Source: an uncultured virus (IMG/VR IMGVR_UViG_3300008954_002234)
Taxonomy: Duplodnaviria > Heunggongvirae > Uroviricota > Caudoviricetes
Virus record (IMG/VR): IMGVR_UViG_3300008954_002234
Strand: one strand, 5' to 3'
Length of the DNA stretch: 64,000 nucleotides
Shown here: one piece after another, positions 43,746 to 53,688 of the stretch
Numbering within the stretch: the first letter of the stretch is position 1
Layout of the letters: every line of letters starts with the position of its first letter
Made by a program: the position numbers and the translations under genes
Notes under the pieces: generated by a model
Told to the model about the DNA's origin: nothing
Database searches by the model: none
What the model saw: the letters and a program-made list of their open reading frames with translations, nothing else

Positions 43746-44092
43746 GGCTTGTTGTATCTACTAGGCTCTTTTTTCTTCAGCCATTTTATAGATTTTAGCT
43801 CGTAGCCAGCGTTTTTAACAATTTTTTTGATTTTGGTAGGATGAATTTGTATGCTTATAAATTCAATCAAACATATTTCTTTCTTTGTGTCGAATTCAAT
43901 TCTTTTAACTAATTTAGTTTTTTTAAATCCGTTTTTAATGCCAATAGCGCAAGAAGCGCATACCAGCCCCGGTATCTTTAATTCTACGTCAGGATCGAAG
44001 ACCCCCTTAGGCTCGCTTCCTAAAAGGCTGGCAACTAAGATCCAGCCAAACAGAAAGCAAACAATGATATATATTAAATCTCTTTTACTCAT
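43742..44092 (-). CDS. Exported heavy-metal-associated (HMA) domain protein
   Basis: TM/signal followed by GLVCASCA..V..AGY. Confidence 0.75.
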   Translation of the reverse strand: MSKRDLIYIIVCFLFGWILVASLLGSEPKGVFDPDVELKIPGLVCASCAIGIKNGFKKTKLVKRIEFDTKKEICLIEFISIQIHPTKIKKIVKNAGYELKSIKWLKKKEPSRYNKP

Positions 44093-44780
44093 CTATTTCG
44101 CGCCACTTGTCAGAAACATTTCCTCTAAATGCTCTATGTCTCATCTCTCCGCTGGGGGAATCGTTCAGTATCCAAATAGCTTCTCCAGCTTCCAGCACCA
44201 TTGATTCATCATCCCAACCAAAATCGAGGTCATAACTATTAATAGCAAAACCAGTTTCTCGACTATATTTATAGATAGTAAGATGCTTGTTAAAAAACGC
44301 TTCAGTTCCAAATATATATTTTACTGTATTATCAACGAATTTAAACGGAATACTTACCATAGAAAACCCTACAGGAAAACTTTTTAGCACTTGATATGTA
44401 GTTGGCTTCTCTAAGGTAGTAAAAGCGTTCTCTTTCATTCTGGCTTTGCTGTTTTCTCCAGAGGAGTCATACGCAACTATCTTAATCTCGTATTTCGTTT
44501 CGGGCAAAAGACCAGTAACTATTACGCTATTATCTCTTGATAAGCAACAGCCTCCGTGAAATCCCCACTCAGATGGCTTGTCTCCCCTGCGAATACGCAT
44601 CTTAACTTCATATATAACTTTACCTTCTCCGCTCATGGAGATAGATTCCCGCCAATCTATTTTAGCGCTATCATGCGTTACGCCTGTTACTTTGATTGCT
44701 CCCGGCATTGTTGGAGCTGACTCAATGGAAGCAGCACAAAGGAACATGGATCCGATTAATGTATATATTTTTTTCTTCAT
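44085..44780 (-). CDS. Exported fibronectin type III domain protein
   Basis: Signal peptide; W..Y..TGL.PETKY.I..VAYD..G.NS. Confidence 0.75.
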   Translation of the reverse strand: MKKKIYTLIGSMFLCAASIESAPTMPGAIKVTGVTHDSAKIDWRESISMSGEGKVIYEVKMRIRRGDKPSEWGFHGGCCLSRDNSVIVTGLLPETKYEIKIVAYDSSGENSKARMKENAFTTLEKPTTYQVLKSFPVGFSMVSIPFKFVDNTVKYIFGTEAFFNKHLTIYKYSRETGFAINSYDLDFGWDDESMVLEAGEAIWILNDSPSGEMRHRAFRGNVSDKWREIDE

Positions 44781-45454
44781 TTATAAATAGTCTCTCTTAA
44801 TTTGTTATCTTTTGTTCCCCATAAAGCCTCTGAAACGTTTGGGAAGTTATCTATAAAAATATTTTTGCACTCTTGAGCTATCTCTCTGTGTTCTTTTTGA
44901 GTATTTTCTTCTATGCGAAGGTCAATGTAATGAATCCAGCTTCTAATGCTACCCTTCATATACATAGTTGTTTCAGTAGTCAAGGGTAATACCATGCGAG
45001 CAGATTCTTTTGCAACGCCAGCTTTAATTAATTCGTTGTAAAGTGCCACAGCTTTTCCGGTATGCTCTCTAACCTTTGCCCAGAGTTGCCCATCAGTAAA
45101 TTTTTCACTACTGCTCTGACGGTTCTTATCTGCTTCCATTCTAAGTTCTAAGTCCTCTAGGATCTGTGATTCTGAGTATCTTTGGCTAAATTCTTGAAAG
45201 CTAAAACTCCTGTGTCTAAGTATTTGAGCTGCGATGGCCCTGCTGGTTTTAATTTCCAGTGTCATGTCTACCATTTCAAAAGGAGACCAATGCCTGTGTT
45301 TAATTAAAAACTTTAAAAGCCTCGGCGCTGTCTCTGTATTACTTTGATTCTTTGGGTTGCTGACTCGCGCGCAATAAGCTATTAAGTCTTCTGGCAGGAT
45401 AGAGTTGGCGATTAGACCACAGGGATGAGTCAATGATACTACTTTTACTTGCAT
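44777..45454 (-). CDS. thyX: FAD-dependent thymidylate synthase
   Basis: ARVSNP, HWSPFE, QILRHRSFSFQEFSQRY, RSWIHY..LR, TQKEH. Confidence 0.96.
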   Translation of the reverse strand: MQVKVVSLTHPCGLIANSILPEDLIAYCARVSNPKNQSNTETAPRLLKFLIKHRHWSPFEMVDMTLEIKTSRAIAAQILRHRSFSFQEFSQRYSESQILEDLELRMEADKNRQSSSEKFTDGQLWAKVREHTGKAVALYNELIKAGVAKESARMVLPLTTETTMYMKGSIRSWIHYIDLRIEENTQKEHREIAQECKNIFIDNFPNVSEALWGTKDNKLRETIYK

Positions 45455-45648
45455 TACTCTCCAGATTTAAATATTTCTCGCAACTCTTTTAGTTCTTTGT
45501 GAAAATCGTGAGCCATTTCCACTCTTGTAGCGTCATCATCGTCCATCATGTCCATGTCTCGCCAGATATTATTGTATTTTTTTATAAGTTTATTAATATA
45601 AGCCATTGCCTTTCTAGGCTTGGTTCGTTCAAATTCTGAGATATTCAT
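45454..45648 (-). CDS. Hypothetical protein
   Basis: Coupled ORF. Confidence 0.55.
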   Translation of the reverse strand: MNISEFERTKPRKAMAYINKLIKKYNNIWRDMDMMDDDDATRVEMAHDFHKELKELREIFKSGE

Positions 45649-46102
45649 TTAAATGCTCCTTTTGTAAACCTTGATTTCTTTTAAGGTTTATTGCAAAAGC
45701 TGTTTTTATTTCATGCTCATTTTTGATAGCCCCTTTGGGCTTGACATCGTTGACTAATATTCTAGCCCCAGACCTGAGGTCGTAAATAACTTCATCATAC
45801 CTAATGCCAAAATACTCTAATGTTTTTTCCGTGTGCTCTTTATGTCTATTGTCTCTGGCTGTCGTTAGGACGACAGTATCTCTCTTAGGGATCTTTTTTA
45901 AGAAATGCTTGCTAGATGGTAGGGTTTGCTCTTGGGTATGAGATTTGTTTCCGAACTGGGTAATCATCCTATCTAGTTTGGCATTTGATTGGGCTTTTAA
46001 AATGGTTCCGTCTATGTCTATAAACCATGTTTTCCCTATTTTTGTGTGAAGTTCTTTGTTTTCTTGGAGTCTCTCGTCTTCGGTAAATGTATTTTCGATC
46101 AT
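45629..46102 (-). CDS. HAD-superfamily phosphatase-like protein
   Basis: FIDIDGT, LTTAR, G.R.LVND.KP. Confidence 0.75.
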   Translation of the reverse strand: MIENTFTEDERLQENKELHTKIGKTWFIDIDGTILKAQSNAKLDRMITQFGNKSHTQEQTLPSSKHFLKKIPKRDTVVLTTARDNRHKEHTEKTLEYFGIRYDEVIYDLRSGARILVNDVKPKGAIKNEHEIKTAFAINLKRNQGLQKEHLNEYLRI

Positions 46103-46148
46103 TTATCTGATATTTTTATTATATAGCATACTTGCACTTAGGTCAAGC

Positions 46149-46184
46149 AAAAAAAAGAGAGAGAGGGAGCCTGAGCTCCCTCTT
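46149..46184 (-). terminator. Intrinsic terminator
   Basis: AGAGGGAGC/GCTCCCTCT stem with a T-run on -. Confidence 0.75.
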
Positions 46185-46230
46185 GTTGACTCTTGTGTTG
46201 ACAGTGCGCTAAAGCACATAAGTGTGAGGT

Positions 46231-46674
46231 CTACTTTCTGCGAGATTTGCGTCCTTTACCCTTGCCTCGCTTACTTTCCCCTCTCTTCTTGGTTCTGGCC
46301 TCCATGGCCTTACGCGCTGATGCGCGCTCTTTTTCATCTAGCTTCCCATCTTTATTTTTGTCGAACCGTTTGAGGAACGACTCTCTATTTGGGGCCATCT
46401 TTTTTCTAAGCGCCGCGTACTTTTCTTTGGCTTGCTTTTCTGTAAGCTTACCTGCTTTGACTGCTTCTCTAATCTTTTTGACAGCAGCAGCATATTTCTT
46501 TCTGGCTTCTGCTGGGTTTGGCTTCTTTGCTGCCGCAGCTTTCTTTCTAGCTTCTGCTGGAACATTCGCTTTAGCTCTAGAGACCTTATTGGTTTTGCTC
46601 TGTCTATCAGCTTGAGCTGAGCTAACGCTCAACGTCAAAGCTGCCACAATTATGAGTGTGATGTATTTATTCAT
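46231..46674 (-). CDS. Exported basic protein with an EF-hand
   Basis: Signal peptide; KRFDKNKDGKLDEKE. Confidence 0.7.
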   Translation of the reverse strand: MNKYITLIIVAALTLSVSSAQADRQSKTNKVSRAKANVPAEARKKAAAAKKPNPAEARKKYAAAVKKIREAVKAGKLTEKQAKEKYAALRKKMAPNRESFLKRFDKNKDGKLDEKERASARKAMEARTKKRGESKRGKGKGRKSRRK

Positions 46675-46677
46675 AAA

Positions 46678-47211
46678 TTATTCTCCCGGATCATTTCCGT
46701 CTATAACTTCGTCACGCTTGTTTTTGAACTCTTCTCGAATTTCTTTTATTCGGGCGTGGACTTCTTTACGATGGCTTTTCACTGATTCCATCCAGCCTTT
46801 TCTCGAAGCGGCTATTTGCTCTCTTAAAGCTTTCTTCTCGTCGTCTGTGGCATCTTTCCACTTATCTTTGTCGAAACCGGACCATTGCTTTTTAGCAGCC
46901 GCTTTGAAAGCCTCTCGTAGCTCCTTGATTTTAGCATCATCTCTTACAAGTTTGCCGAAGCCGCTATGTTTCTTATGACCGCCGACCTTATGTCCCTTTT
47001 TCTTGGCATCGGCGCGGTGCTTTTTGCGTTTCTCGAAAGCGGCCTTAAGGCGCTCTTTGACTTTAGCTGGATCAAATTTCTTGTCGCCTCTCTCGCGCTT
47101 CTCTGGCTTTCTTTTATCGGGCTTTTTGTCGGGGCCAGCTTCAACAGTTGTGATTAACGCTGCCGACATCACAGCCAACAACCCGTACCTAAATAATTTC
47201 TTAAATGTCAT
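46678..47211 (-). CDS. Exported highly charged helical protein
   Basis: Signal peptide; K/R/E-rich. Confidence 0.6.
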   Translation of the reverse strand: MTFKKLFRYGLLAVMSAALITTVEAGPDKKPDKRKPEKRERGDKKFDPAKVKERLKAAFEKRKKHRADAKKKGHKVGGHKKHSGFGKLVRDDAKIKELREAFKAAAKKQWSGFDKDKWKDATDDEKKALREQIAASRKGWMESVKSHRKEVHARIKEIREEFKNKRDEVIDGNDPGE

Positions 47212-47332
47212 AATACTTATTACACTGCAAATTTCGTGCCAAATCTAAAAACGTATTTTTTCTATGTTTTGTTACTCTTTTTTATTTTTAAATAAAAGAG
47301 TTGGGGGATAAACCCCAAGCTACTGGGAAGTA

Positions 47333-47677
47333 TTACCCTTTAAAAGCTCTGACTCCAAGTATTTTACCTTCTTCCGTGAAATCAATAATGTCTACAACGC
47401 AGATTCTTTCGCTCTCGTTAATAACAATATCTAACTCTGCTATGACTGTAACGGGCTTGCCGTGTTCTTGCCAAGTGCCAAAATTTAACGGAACCACTTT
47501 AATGGACTCTACTGAGTTGAACGCTTCATGAATTGCCATAAAGACATTTTCTCTTCCCGAAGCTTCAATTTCCCAATCTCTCAGCGTAATATTATCGTCA
47601 AACATTTGGCTAAGCGCATTCAAGTCTTTATTTGAAAAGAGCTCGAAATATTTTTCTGCTATTTTTACATTATCCAT
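47333..47677 (-). CDS. SnoaL/NTF2-like protein
   Basis: YF..F..KDL..L..MF..L.DW, VVD.I.F..GKI..VRAF. Confidence 0.75.
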   Translation of the reverse strand: MDNVKIAEKYFELFSNKDLNALSQMFDDNITLRDWEIEASGRENVFMAIHEAFNSVESIKVVPLNFGTWQEHGKPVTVIAELDIVINESERICVVDIIDFTEEGKILGVRAFKG

Positions 47678-47692
47678 ATTAAAAGTCGTCCT

Positions 47693-47851
47693 CTAGGGAT
47701 CCTGCTTGTTGGTGTTCTCTAATTTTTCTTCTTTAACGAGCTTTTTTTCCTTTTCAAATTTTTGGGCCTCTTTTGTAAATGACACATAAATAAAGGAGAC
47801 TCCTAAGACAATAGGAATAATTATTAAGAGTGCTAAGGGGCTTGGTTCCAT
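47693..47851 (-). CDS. Small membrane protein
   Basis: Single TM; coupled to the nrdJ stop. Confidence 0.45.
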   Translation of the reverse strand: MEPSPLALLIIIPIVLGVSFIYVSFTKEAQKFEKEKKLVKEEKLENTNKQDP

Positions 47852-49827
47852 TAATTTATTTCGCAGTTGCCACCAGCACATGCCAAGTTGGTCTGCAGCG
47901 TTGTCTCGTCGTGAGACTCTTCTAGCGCTGTATAATCTACCCTAGACAAAGAAGATGACAGTCTTCTAAAGAGCTTCTCATCTTTTTCTGTCGAAACTCG
48001 CTCCATCGGGGCTTGTTTAAAATCCTTATCTCCAGTAGCGGCCAATAAGGAAACAGCGGCAAAGAAGTCTCTGTTCTTATAAAGGTATTCTGCTACCTTA
48101 TCCCACTCGTCTTTCTCCACAATAATTGTGCAACTAACTGAATGAGTAGTTTTCTTTTTATTGTGTTTTGTCGTACCGGGAAGGACCCAGTTTTCTTGGG
48201 TTGACTTTATGTGGTTAAGGTGTTTAATTGCATCAAGGTCTTTCTTCGTTAATGCACCGTTAGTGATTTCGATTGGAAAAGTGACGACATCGTCAGTCTT
48301 ATTCGCGCTCCAAACGCTTTCCTCACAGAGCTTATCGTTATACAACTTAAAATACTGATACACATTATCAATTTTATTACACTGTACGCGCCTAAAATAC
48401 TTACGACTATGATGAGGGTGAATGCCTGACGCAGAACCGAGGACCAAGCTGGACGTTCCTTCTGGCTTGACGCAAGTGACTCTGGCTGCTGGCTTAATCT
48501 TGATTTTCTTTGCCCATTTTTCGTTTGTCTCAACTGCTATTCCTGAACATTCCCTTTGATACTTAGGGTTAAGTAGGACCTTGGGATTGTCCATTATCCC
48601 TGTTATTGATACACCGAGAAGAGCTTCTTCTTCTGTAAGCTCCTTAGAGGCGTTTCTAAGGTAATGAAAGTCAGTATACCCCGCTTGAAGCGTCCCTACT
48701 AAAGCAGCAGCCCAAGCATGCTCCCTAAACTCTTTGGGAGTATGGGTCTTAGCTCCATTTACAGAAGTAAGATTGCAAAACTGAACGCCGCACCTTCCGT
48801 CCTTAGTCACAGGAATAAAGCCTATCTCTCTACAAGGGTTAGATAGCGTATCCTCATGGTCCGCAAAAATAAACCCCGGCTCACCAAATTCTTTAGCGCT
48901 ATTTAAAACCTTTTTAAAGTCCTCCTCTGTGACTTTTTTTCTTAAAAACAAGATCGAATTATTGCTTCTGGCTCTCTGTGGGTTATCTTCAAACCAATTC
49001 CCTGTCTTAGAGTTCATCATCGCCTCGTCGTCTGAGTCAAAGACAACAGAAGTTGCCGCGCGACGAATGCCTCCGCTGAGAACTGCGTCGGCGCAATGCA
49101 TTAGAATGTCATAAGCATTTATTGGTTCTAGCCTTTGTTGGCTTTTGCTTTCGATGAGTTCGTCTAGCAGCTTCTTAATCTTTAAGTGAGCTGCTTTCAG
49201 CCCGCTGTAACCGGGAGCTTTCCCTCCTCCAGTTTTAAGCCTAGCTCCTTTTCTCCGAATCTTAGAGTAATCGAAAACAACTTTTCTACCGGTAAGGGGA
49301 GTTTGCTTGAAAAAGCTGTCAAGTAAAACTTCAACACTGTCCGCCCAGCCCTCTATGCTGTCTTCGACGGAATACGTCATAACGATTCCTGTTTTGTTTT
49401 CAGCGCTGACTAGGTCAGGGAGTCTGTGGAGATATTTTTTAGTAATTCCAAAATCGACCCCGCATCCGCAAAGCAATAAATAAAAGCATTCAGCAAAAGA
49501 TCTAATCGAATCTATGTGTCTACATGAACAGTTGAAAATTCTTGCGTTGTGAGCTAGGACCGCTGGGCCTGCAAACTGCATAGACCTCATAGAGGGGATT
49601 ATTTTCTTTTCTCTTACTAGGCTAAAGGCTCTCTTGATTTCCTCTTTGTCTTCATCTGGTAAAAAGTTATATTTTTCTAGGTGCATCCCCTCTACTCTGG
49701 ATACCGCCTCATCCCACGTTTCTCTTCGTTTGTTTTTGTCGCTGTAGCGAGCGTACTTGCTTGTAAAAATAAAATTTGAAATTTCCTCTAATCCGTTAAT
49801 CTGGGGCTTACTATTTTGTGCGTGCAT
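47851..49827 (-). CDS. nrdJ: Class II (B12-dependent) ribonucleotide reductase
   Basis: KYARY..RRETW, FNC, NPCREI, FCNL, TCVKPEGTSS, C-terminal CAGGNC; no beta subunit gene in the window. Confidence 0.88.
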   Translation of the reverse strand: MHAQNSKPQINGLEEISNFIFTSKYARYSDKNKRRETWDEAVSRVEGMHLEKYNFLPDEDKEEIKRAFSLVREKKIIPSMRSMQFAGPAVLAHNARIFNCSCRHIDSIRSFAECFYLLLCGCGVDFGITKKYLHRLPDLVSAENKTGIVMTYSVEDSIEGWADSVEVLLDSFFKQTPLTGRKVVFDYSKIRRKGARLKTGGGKAPGYSGLKAAHLKIKKLLDELIESKSQQRLEPINAYDILMHCADAVLSGGIRRAATSVVFDSDDEAMMNSKTGNWFEDNPQRARSNNSILFLRKKVTEEDFKKVLNSAKEFGEPGFIFADHEDTLSNPCREIGFIPVTKDGRCGVQFCNLTSVNGAKTHTPKEFREHAWAAALVGTLQAGYTDFHYLRNASKELTEEEALLGVSITGIMDNPKVLLNPKYQRECSGIAVETNEKWAKKIKIKPAARVTCVKPEGTSSLVLGSASGIHPHHSRKYFRRVQCNKIDNVYQYFKLYNDKLCEESVWSANKTDDVVTFPIEITNGALTKKDLDAIKHLNHIKSTQENWVLPGTTKHNKKKTTHSVSCTIIVEKDEWDKVAEYLYKNRDFFAAVSLLAATGDKDFKQAPMERVSTEKDEKLFRRLSSSLSRVDYTALEESHDETTLQTNLACAGGNCEIN

Positions 49828-49872
49828 CTCTTTAAGAAGGTTCTATCATTATTACACTAACTTGGCTTTAGG

Positions 49873-52467
49873 TCAAGATATATCTTTTAATTCAGACAAT
49901 TTTGTGAAGATTTTTTGACTTTGGATGCCGATATCGTCGATAAACACGGCATCATCTCTCTTGAGGCCTTTAATGATAACAATGTCATCTTTATTTGGTA
50001 GTTTTCCATTTATTAGCTTGCTTTCCTCTATCTTAGCATTAAACTGCAGTGCTGTCATTGAACCTGTCTCATCTGAGCAAGTCAGCCTAATATACTGGGA
50101 TCCCTTTTTGGACTTGCCTTTATAGTAATCTTCAACAGTTGATATAAACAATACTCTAGAACCTATTCTAGACTCGCTCACATCTCTAATGCTGATAAGA
50201 TCTGAGATCTTAGTGCTATAAACTTTCTTAAGGGAATTCGCATGGGAATAGCCAAGTAGTTTTTTCTCGTAGTACCAGTTTGCAAGGCTCTCCGACTTGC
50301 TGTTCTGCTTATAGATATCTCTGTAGGGAGCATACTTCTTTTTGATTGTATTAAACCTAGAGGCTCTTATGTAAATCTTTCCGTCCTCATCTTCTCTTTC
50401 TACTAGGTCTTTAATAATATTTATTAAATCAAAGTTGTATTTTTCTCCTAAGTTGTAAGCTATCCTCTTCTCTCTTTGTGTTAATAGATTCCATAATTGA
50501 GCTTCTAGTACTATCTTGCTTCTGGATTGAGGAAAGCCTTCAAATGCTCCTGCTTGAATAAGAGCGGATAATACACCTATGCCAACTTTTGCTTCGCTAG
50601 CGGCCTGAAATACTTCAAACTTGTTGGTAAACTCTGCTCTAAAATTATTTAGCTTCTCAATAGTCTTATCAGAAATCCCCTTGATGGATGTTAGACCATA
50701 GCGGATATTGTCCCCCTCGATAGTAAAGTCCATTTGAGACTTTGTGATGTGGGGCGGCAGTAATTTAATGTCAAACAAACTTAGCTCTGTCTGTACTTTA
50801 TTAATTTCGGCTAGAGGATCTGGCTCGTGCTTCGTCATCTTCAACAAAGATAGGAAGAACTCCTTAGGATATGTAAACTTGAGATAAGTTGTGATAGCCG
50901 CTAGTGCTGCATAGCAAATAGAATGAGACTTGTTGAACGAATAGTTAGCGGAATCCTCTAGCACTTTCCACAGGACATCTCCTACGTCAACAGAGCCTTT
51001 GAGGCCTGTCCACTCGCTGCTAAGCCTGTTTTCGTCAACCTTCTCTCGGATCTTTTTCTTCCACTGCCTGACTTCCTTGACTTTCTTTTTGCCAACAATG
51101 CGCCTTAAGATTTCTGCTTCATCAAGAGTGAAGCCAATTTTATGCGCCATTTGCATTAACTGCTCTTGGTATAGAGCTACCCCACCTGTGCTCTTAAGGA
51201 TCTCATCAAACAATGGGTGGATTGGCTCGTATATATCGTGGTTCGCGTAATCAGAATACTGCTTCACAAAACCTAAGGCTCCCGGCCTGCCTAAGGCAAG
51301 GACGGCGCTAAGCTCCTCTAGGTTCTTAGGCTTGACGTCTTGACAGACTCTAAAGTTAGTATCTGCTTCGATCTGGAATAGCCCGTGAGGAGTTTTCAGA
51401 TCTTGTAGGCTCCTGTATATACTAGGGTTATCAAGATCAATATCCGTGACCTTCAGGCCTACTTGCTCACAAACATCATGAACAACAGAGACACTCCGAA
51501 GACCCAAGATGTCCAATTTAACATTAAATAAAGAAACCCAGTTCATATCGTAAGACGATACTACGGCCTTGTCGCTGGTAAGCTCAACTGGCGAACTATC
51601 CTCAAGTTGGTCGTAGGATAACAAAACGCCAGAGGCATGAACGCTCTTATTCTTAATTAAGCCTCGGAGCTTTAATGCTATTTGATAGGCCTCTTTGTTT
51701 TCTTTTTCGTCTGACCACTCTCTAAACTCTTTGATCTCTTCGTAAGTCTCTTCGAGGTCTTTTACTTGACCGAAAACTTTAGGTATATAACTAGAGACTA
51801 GATTCATCTCTGTTTCGCTTTTGCTGGATATAATCTTGCCGCACTCCTTTATTAAGAGTTTGCCGCTTAATGTGTTTAGGGTAAGTATTTTTGCAGTTTT
51901 ACCTTTGAACTTATTTTCAATGTAATCCAAAACTTTATGCCTATTATAATAACAAACGTCATTATCAATATCAACCATAAGGTTTCCGTCAAGATACGTG
52001 ACGCCATCTACTACTTTCTTTTTGGCCCGAATCTTAGATATAAACCTCTCAAAAAATAAACTATACTTAATTGGATCTATGTTTGTTATGCCTAACAAAA
52101 AGAGGACGAAGCTCCCTGCTGCTGAACCACGCCCTAGCCCAATGGGTATGTTGCTCTCTTTGCAAAAGTTTATAACATCCCAAGTTAAGAGCATATAGTC
52201 AACAAACCCAAGCTCTTCCATAATGGCGATTTCGTGCTCTGTTCTGTCGGTATAATCCTTTGATTTTGAAACGTCAAGGTCTCCAGCCTCTATCTTCTCT
52301 TTATATCCCGCAAAACAAAGCTTACGAAGAATCTGACTGTTGTCATCTTCGTCGCTAATATCGTGGTTACGCTTGGCTTCTTCGCTGATTTCAAATGAAG
52401 GCAGCCTTACTCCGTGAAGAGGCAAATCTATCTTTTTAAACTTTTTTAAAAATATATTTGGTGTCAT
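49873..52467 (-). CDS. dnaE: DNA polymerase III alpha core (N-terminal PHP domain encoded separately)
   Basis: GRGSAAGS, LFFERF, DIDND, HASG, KLDILGL, YQEQ, YSFNKSH, C-terminal OB fold. Confidence 0.93.
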   Translation of the reverse strand: MTPNIFLKKFKKIDLPLHGVRLPSFEISEEAKRNHDISDEDDNSQILRKLCFAGYKEKIEAGDLDVSKSKDYTDRTEHEIAIMEELGFVDYMLLTWDVINFCKESNIPIGLGRGSAAGSFVLFLLGITNIDPIKYSLFFERFISKIRAKKKVVDGVTYLDGNLMVDIDNDVCYYNRHKVLDYIENKFKGKTAKILTLNTLSGKLLIKECGKIISSKSETEMNLVSSYIPKVFGQVKDLEETYEEIKEFREWSDEKENKEAYQIALKLRGLIKNKSVHASGVLLSYDQLEDSSPVELTSDKAVVSSYDMNWVSLFNVKLDILGLRSVSVVHDVCEQVGLKVTDIDLDNPSIYRSLQDLKTPHGLFQIEADTNFRVCQDVKPKNLEELSAVLALGRPGALGFVKQYSDYANHDIYEPIHPLFDEILKSTGGVALYQEQLMQMAHKIGFTLDEAEILRRIVGKKKVKEVRQWKKKIREKVDENRLSSEWTGLKGSVDVGDVLWKVLEDSANYSFNKSHSICYAALAAITTYLKFTYPKEFFLSLLKMTKHEPDPLAEINKVQTELSLFDIKLLPPHITKSQMDFTIEGDNIRYGLTSIKGISDKTIEKLNNFRAEFTNKFEVFQAASEAKVGIGVLSALIQAGAFEGFPQSRSKIVLEAQLWNLLTQREKRIAYNLGEKYNFDLINIIKDLVEREDEDGKIYIRASRFNTIKKKYAPYRDIYKQNSKSESLANWYYEKKLLGYSHANSLKKVYSTKISDLISIRDVSESRIGSRVLFISTVEDYYKGKSKKGSQYIRLTCSDETGSMTALQFNAKIEESKLINGKLPNKDDIVIIKGLKRDDAVFIDDIGIQSQKIFTKLSELKDIS

Positions 52468-53102
52468 AGTTCCAGTGAATACTTTAAGCGATTCCAAACT
52501 TTTAGATTCAGTTCTAGGTCAACTATAGCATTATGCAGGTTGTCGTAGTCGTGATCTATGTCAAACTCTTTGCCTAGGGAAGTTAAATTAGACTTTATTC
52601 CCTTTGCTCTTGTATTATATATCCTATACTGATATTCTGTAAAATCTTCTTCTGGCTTGTAGGGTATATCCATCTTGATGCCTCTTGCTATACAATTTGT
52701 ATCAATTATTTTTGGCACCAAAGGTTTATAGTCTTTGCCAGCCAACTTGTAAAGCTCTTTTATCAAATAAATGTCAAAACCCAGCACATTATGTCCAACC
52801 ACATAGTCAGCGTTGTCTAGCCATTTTGTAATGGTAGGCAAGGTTTGTTTCAGCGTCTTGCCGTTTTTGTTGACATGGTCTTCGTCGTAGCGAGTAATGC
52901 GGGCAGCATCTTCACTTATTTTAAAGTCCGTATCCCACTTTATATAGTAATCTTTTTCCTCTAGATTTTTTGTGCCATCTGTCTTTATCATGGAAACCTG
53001 CCAAGCTACATTATGGCAAAAGTTCAAACAAAGATTATATGTCTCGCAGTCAATGAAGACTAGCTTTTTATCTTTTCTAAACCTGAGTAAATGTTCGTCC
53101 AT
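52464..53102 (-). CDS. DEDDh 3'-5' exonuclease (epsilon-like)
   Basis: FIDCET, GHN..FD, DT, LHNA..D. Confidence 0.88.
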   Translation of the reverse strand: MDEHLLRFRKDKKLVFIDCETYNLCLNFCHNVAWQVSMIKTDGTKNLEEKDYYIKWDTDFKISEDAARITRYDEDHVNKNGKTLKQTLPTITKWLDNADYVVGHNVLGFDIYLIKELYKLAGKDYKPLVPKIIDTNCIARGIKMDIPYKPEEDFTEYQYRIYNTRAKGIKSNLTSLGKEFDIDHDYDNLHNAIVDLELNLKVWNRLKYSLEL

Positions 53103-53106
53103 GTTA

Positions 53107-53688
53107 TTAAATACTTTTAAAATTTGTTGTGAAAAATAAACGTGTTAAATCTAACTTACTTTCTTTTTTTCTTTGTGGGTTCTTTCTGTTTTCTGATTCA
53201 CTTGACCATCTTAAATTTACTGGTCTCCAATCTAAATACTGCCAACCAGCGCTTATATCAAGGGGGTTCCAATTAAAAGCTTCGTAGATTTTATATATGA
53301 CCTCTTCATTGCCTTCATTGATATGGTCTACTATAATTTGCGACCCGGGCTTTAAATTTTTATGGAAACAAAGACTAACTAATTTATGAATAGCTATCGT
53401 AACGCCACCGGGGTTAACAGCAGGGTATTGATTCCTATTCGGCCCTATAGATAGAACCTCATTTTTTTTGATATTTTTAACATATGGCATGCAAGCCAAC
53501 TTTGGGTGACCTTCTGGGTAGATAAAAAAAGTATCGGCATCTATCTTGGTAAGCTTTTTTATCAATCTATTTCCTTCTTTAGCGTTTATATCTCCACCTT
53601 TATGCTTTATACTTATCTTAGATATATCAAAGCCTCCTTCTTGGGGTTCGACTTTGTTATAGCTTGGGAAAAGCTCCAACTGCTCCAT
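53107..53688 (-). CDS. HNH homing endonuclease-like protein
   Basis: YP.V, IHKLV...F, VDHIN, NLRW....EN. Confidence 0.7.
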   Translation of the reverse strand: MEQLELFPSYNKVEPQEGGFDISKISIKHKGGDINAKEGNRLIKKLTKIDADTFFIYPEGHPKLACMPYVKNIKKNEVLSIGPNRNQYPAVNPGGVTIAIHKLVSLCFHKNLKPGSQIIVDHINEGNEEVIYKIYEAFNWNPLDISAGWQYLDWRPVNLRWSSESENRKNPQRKKESKLDLTRLFFTTNFKSI

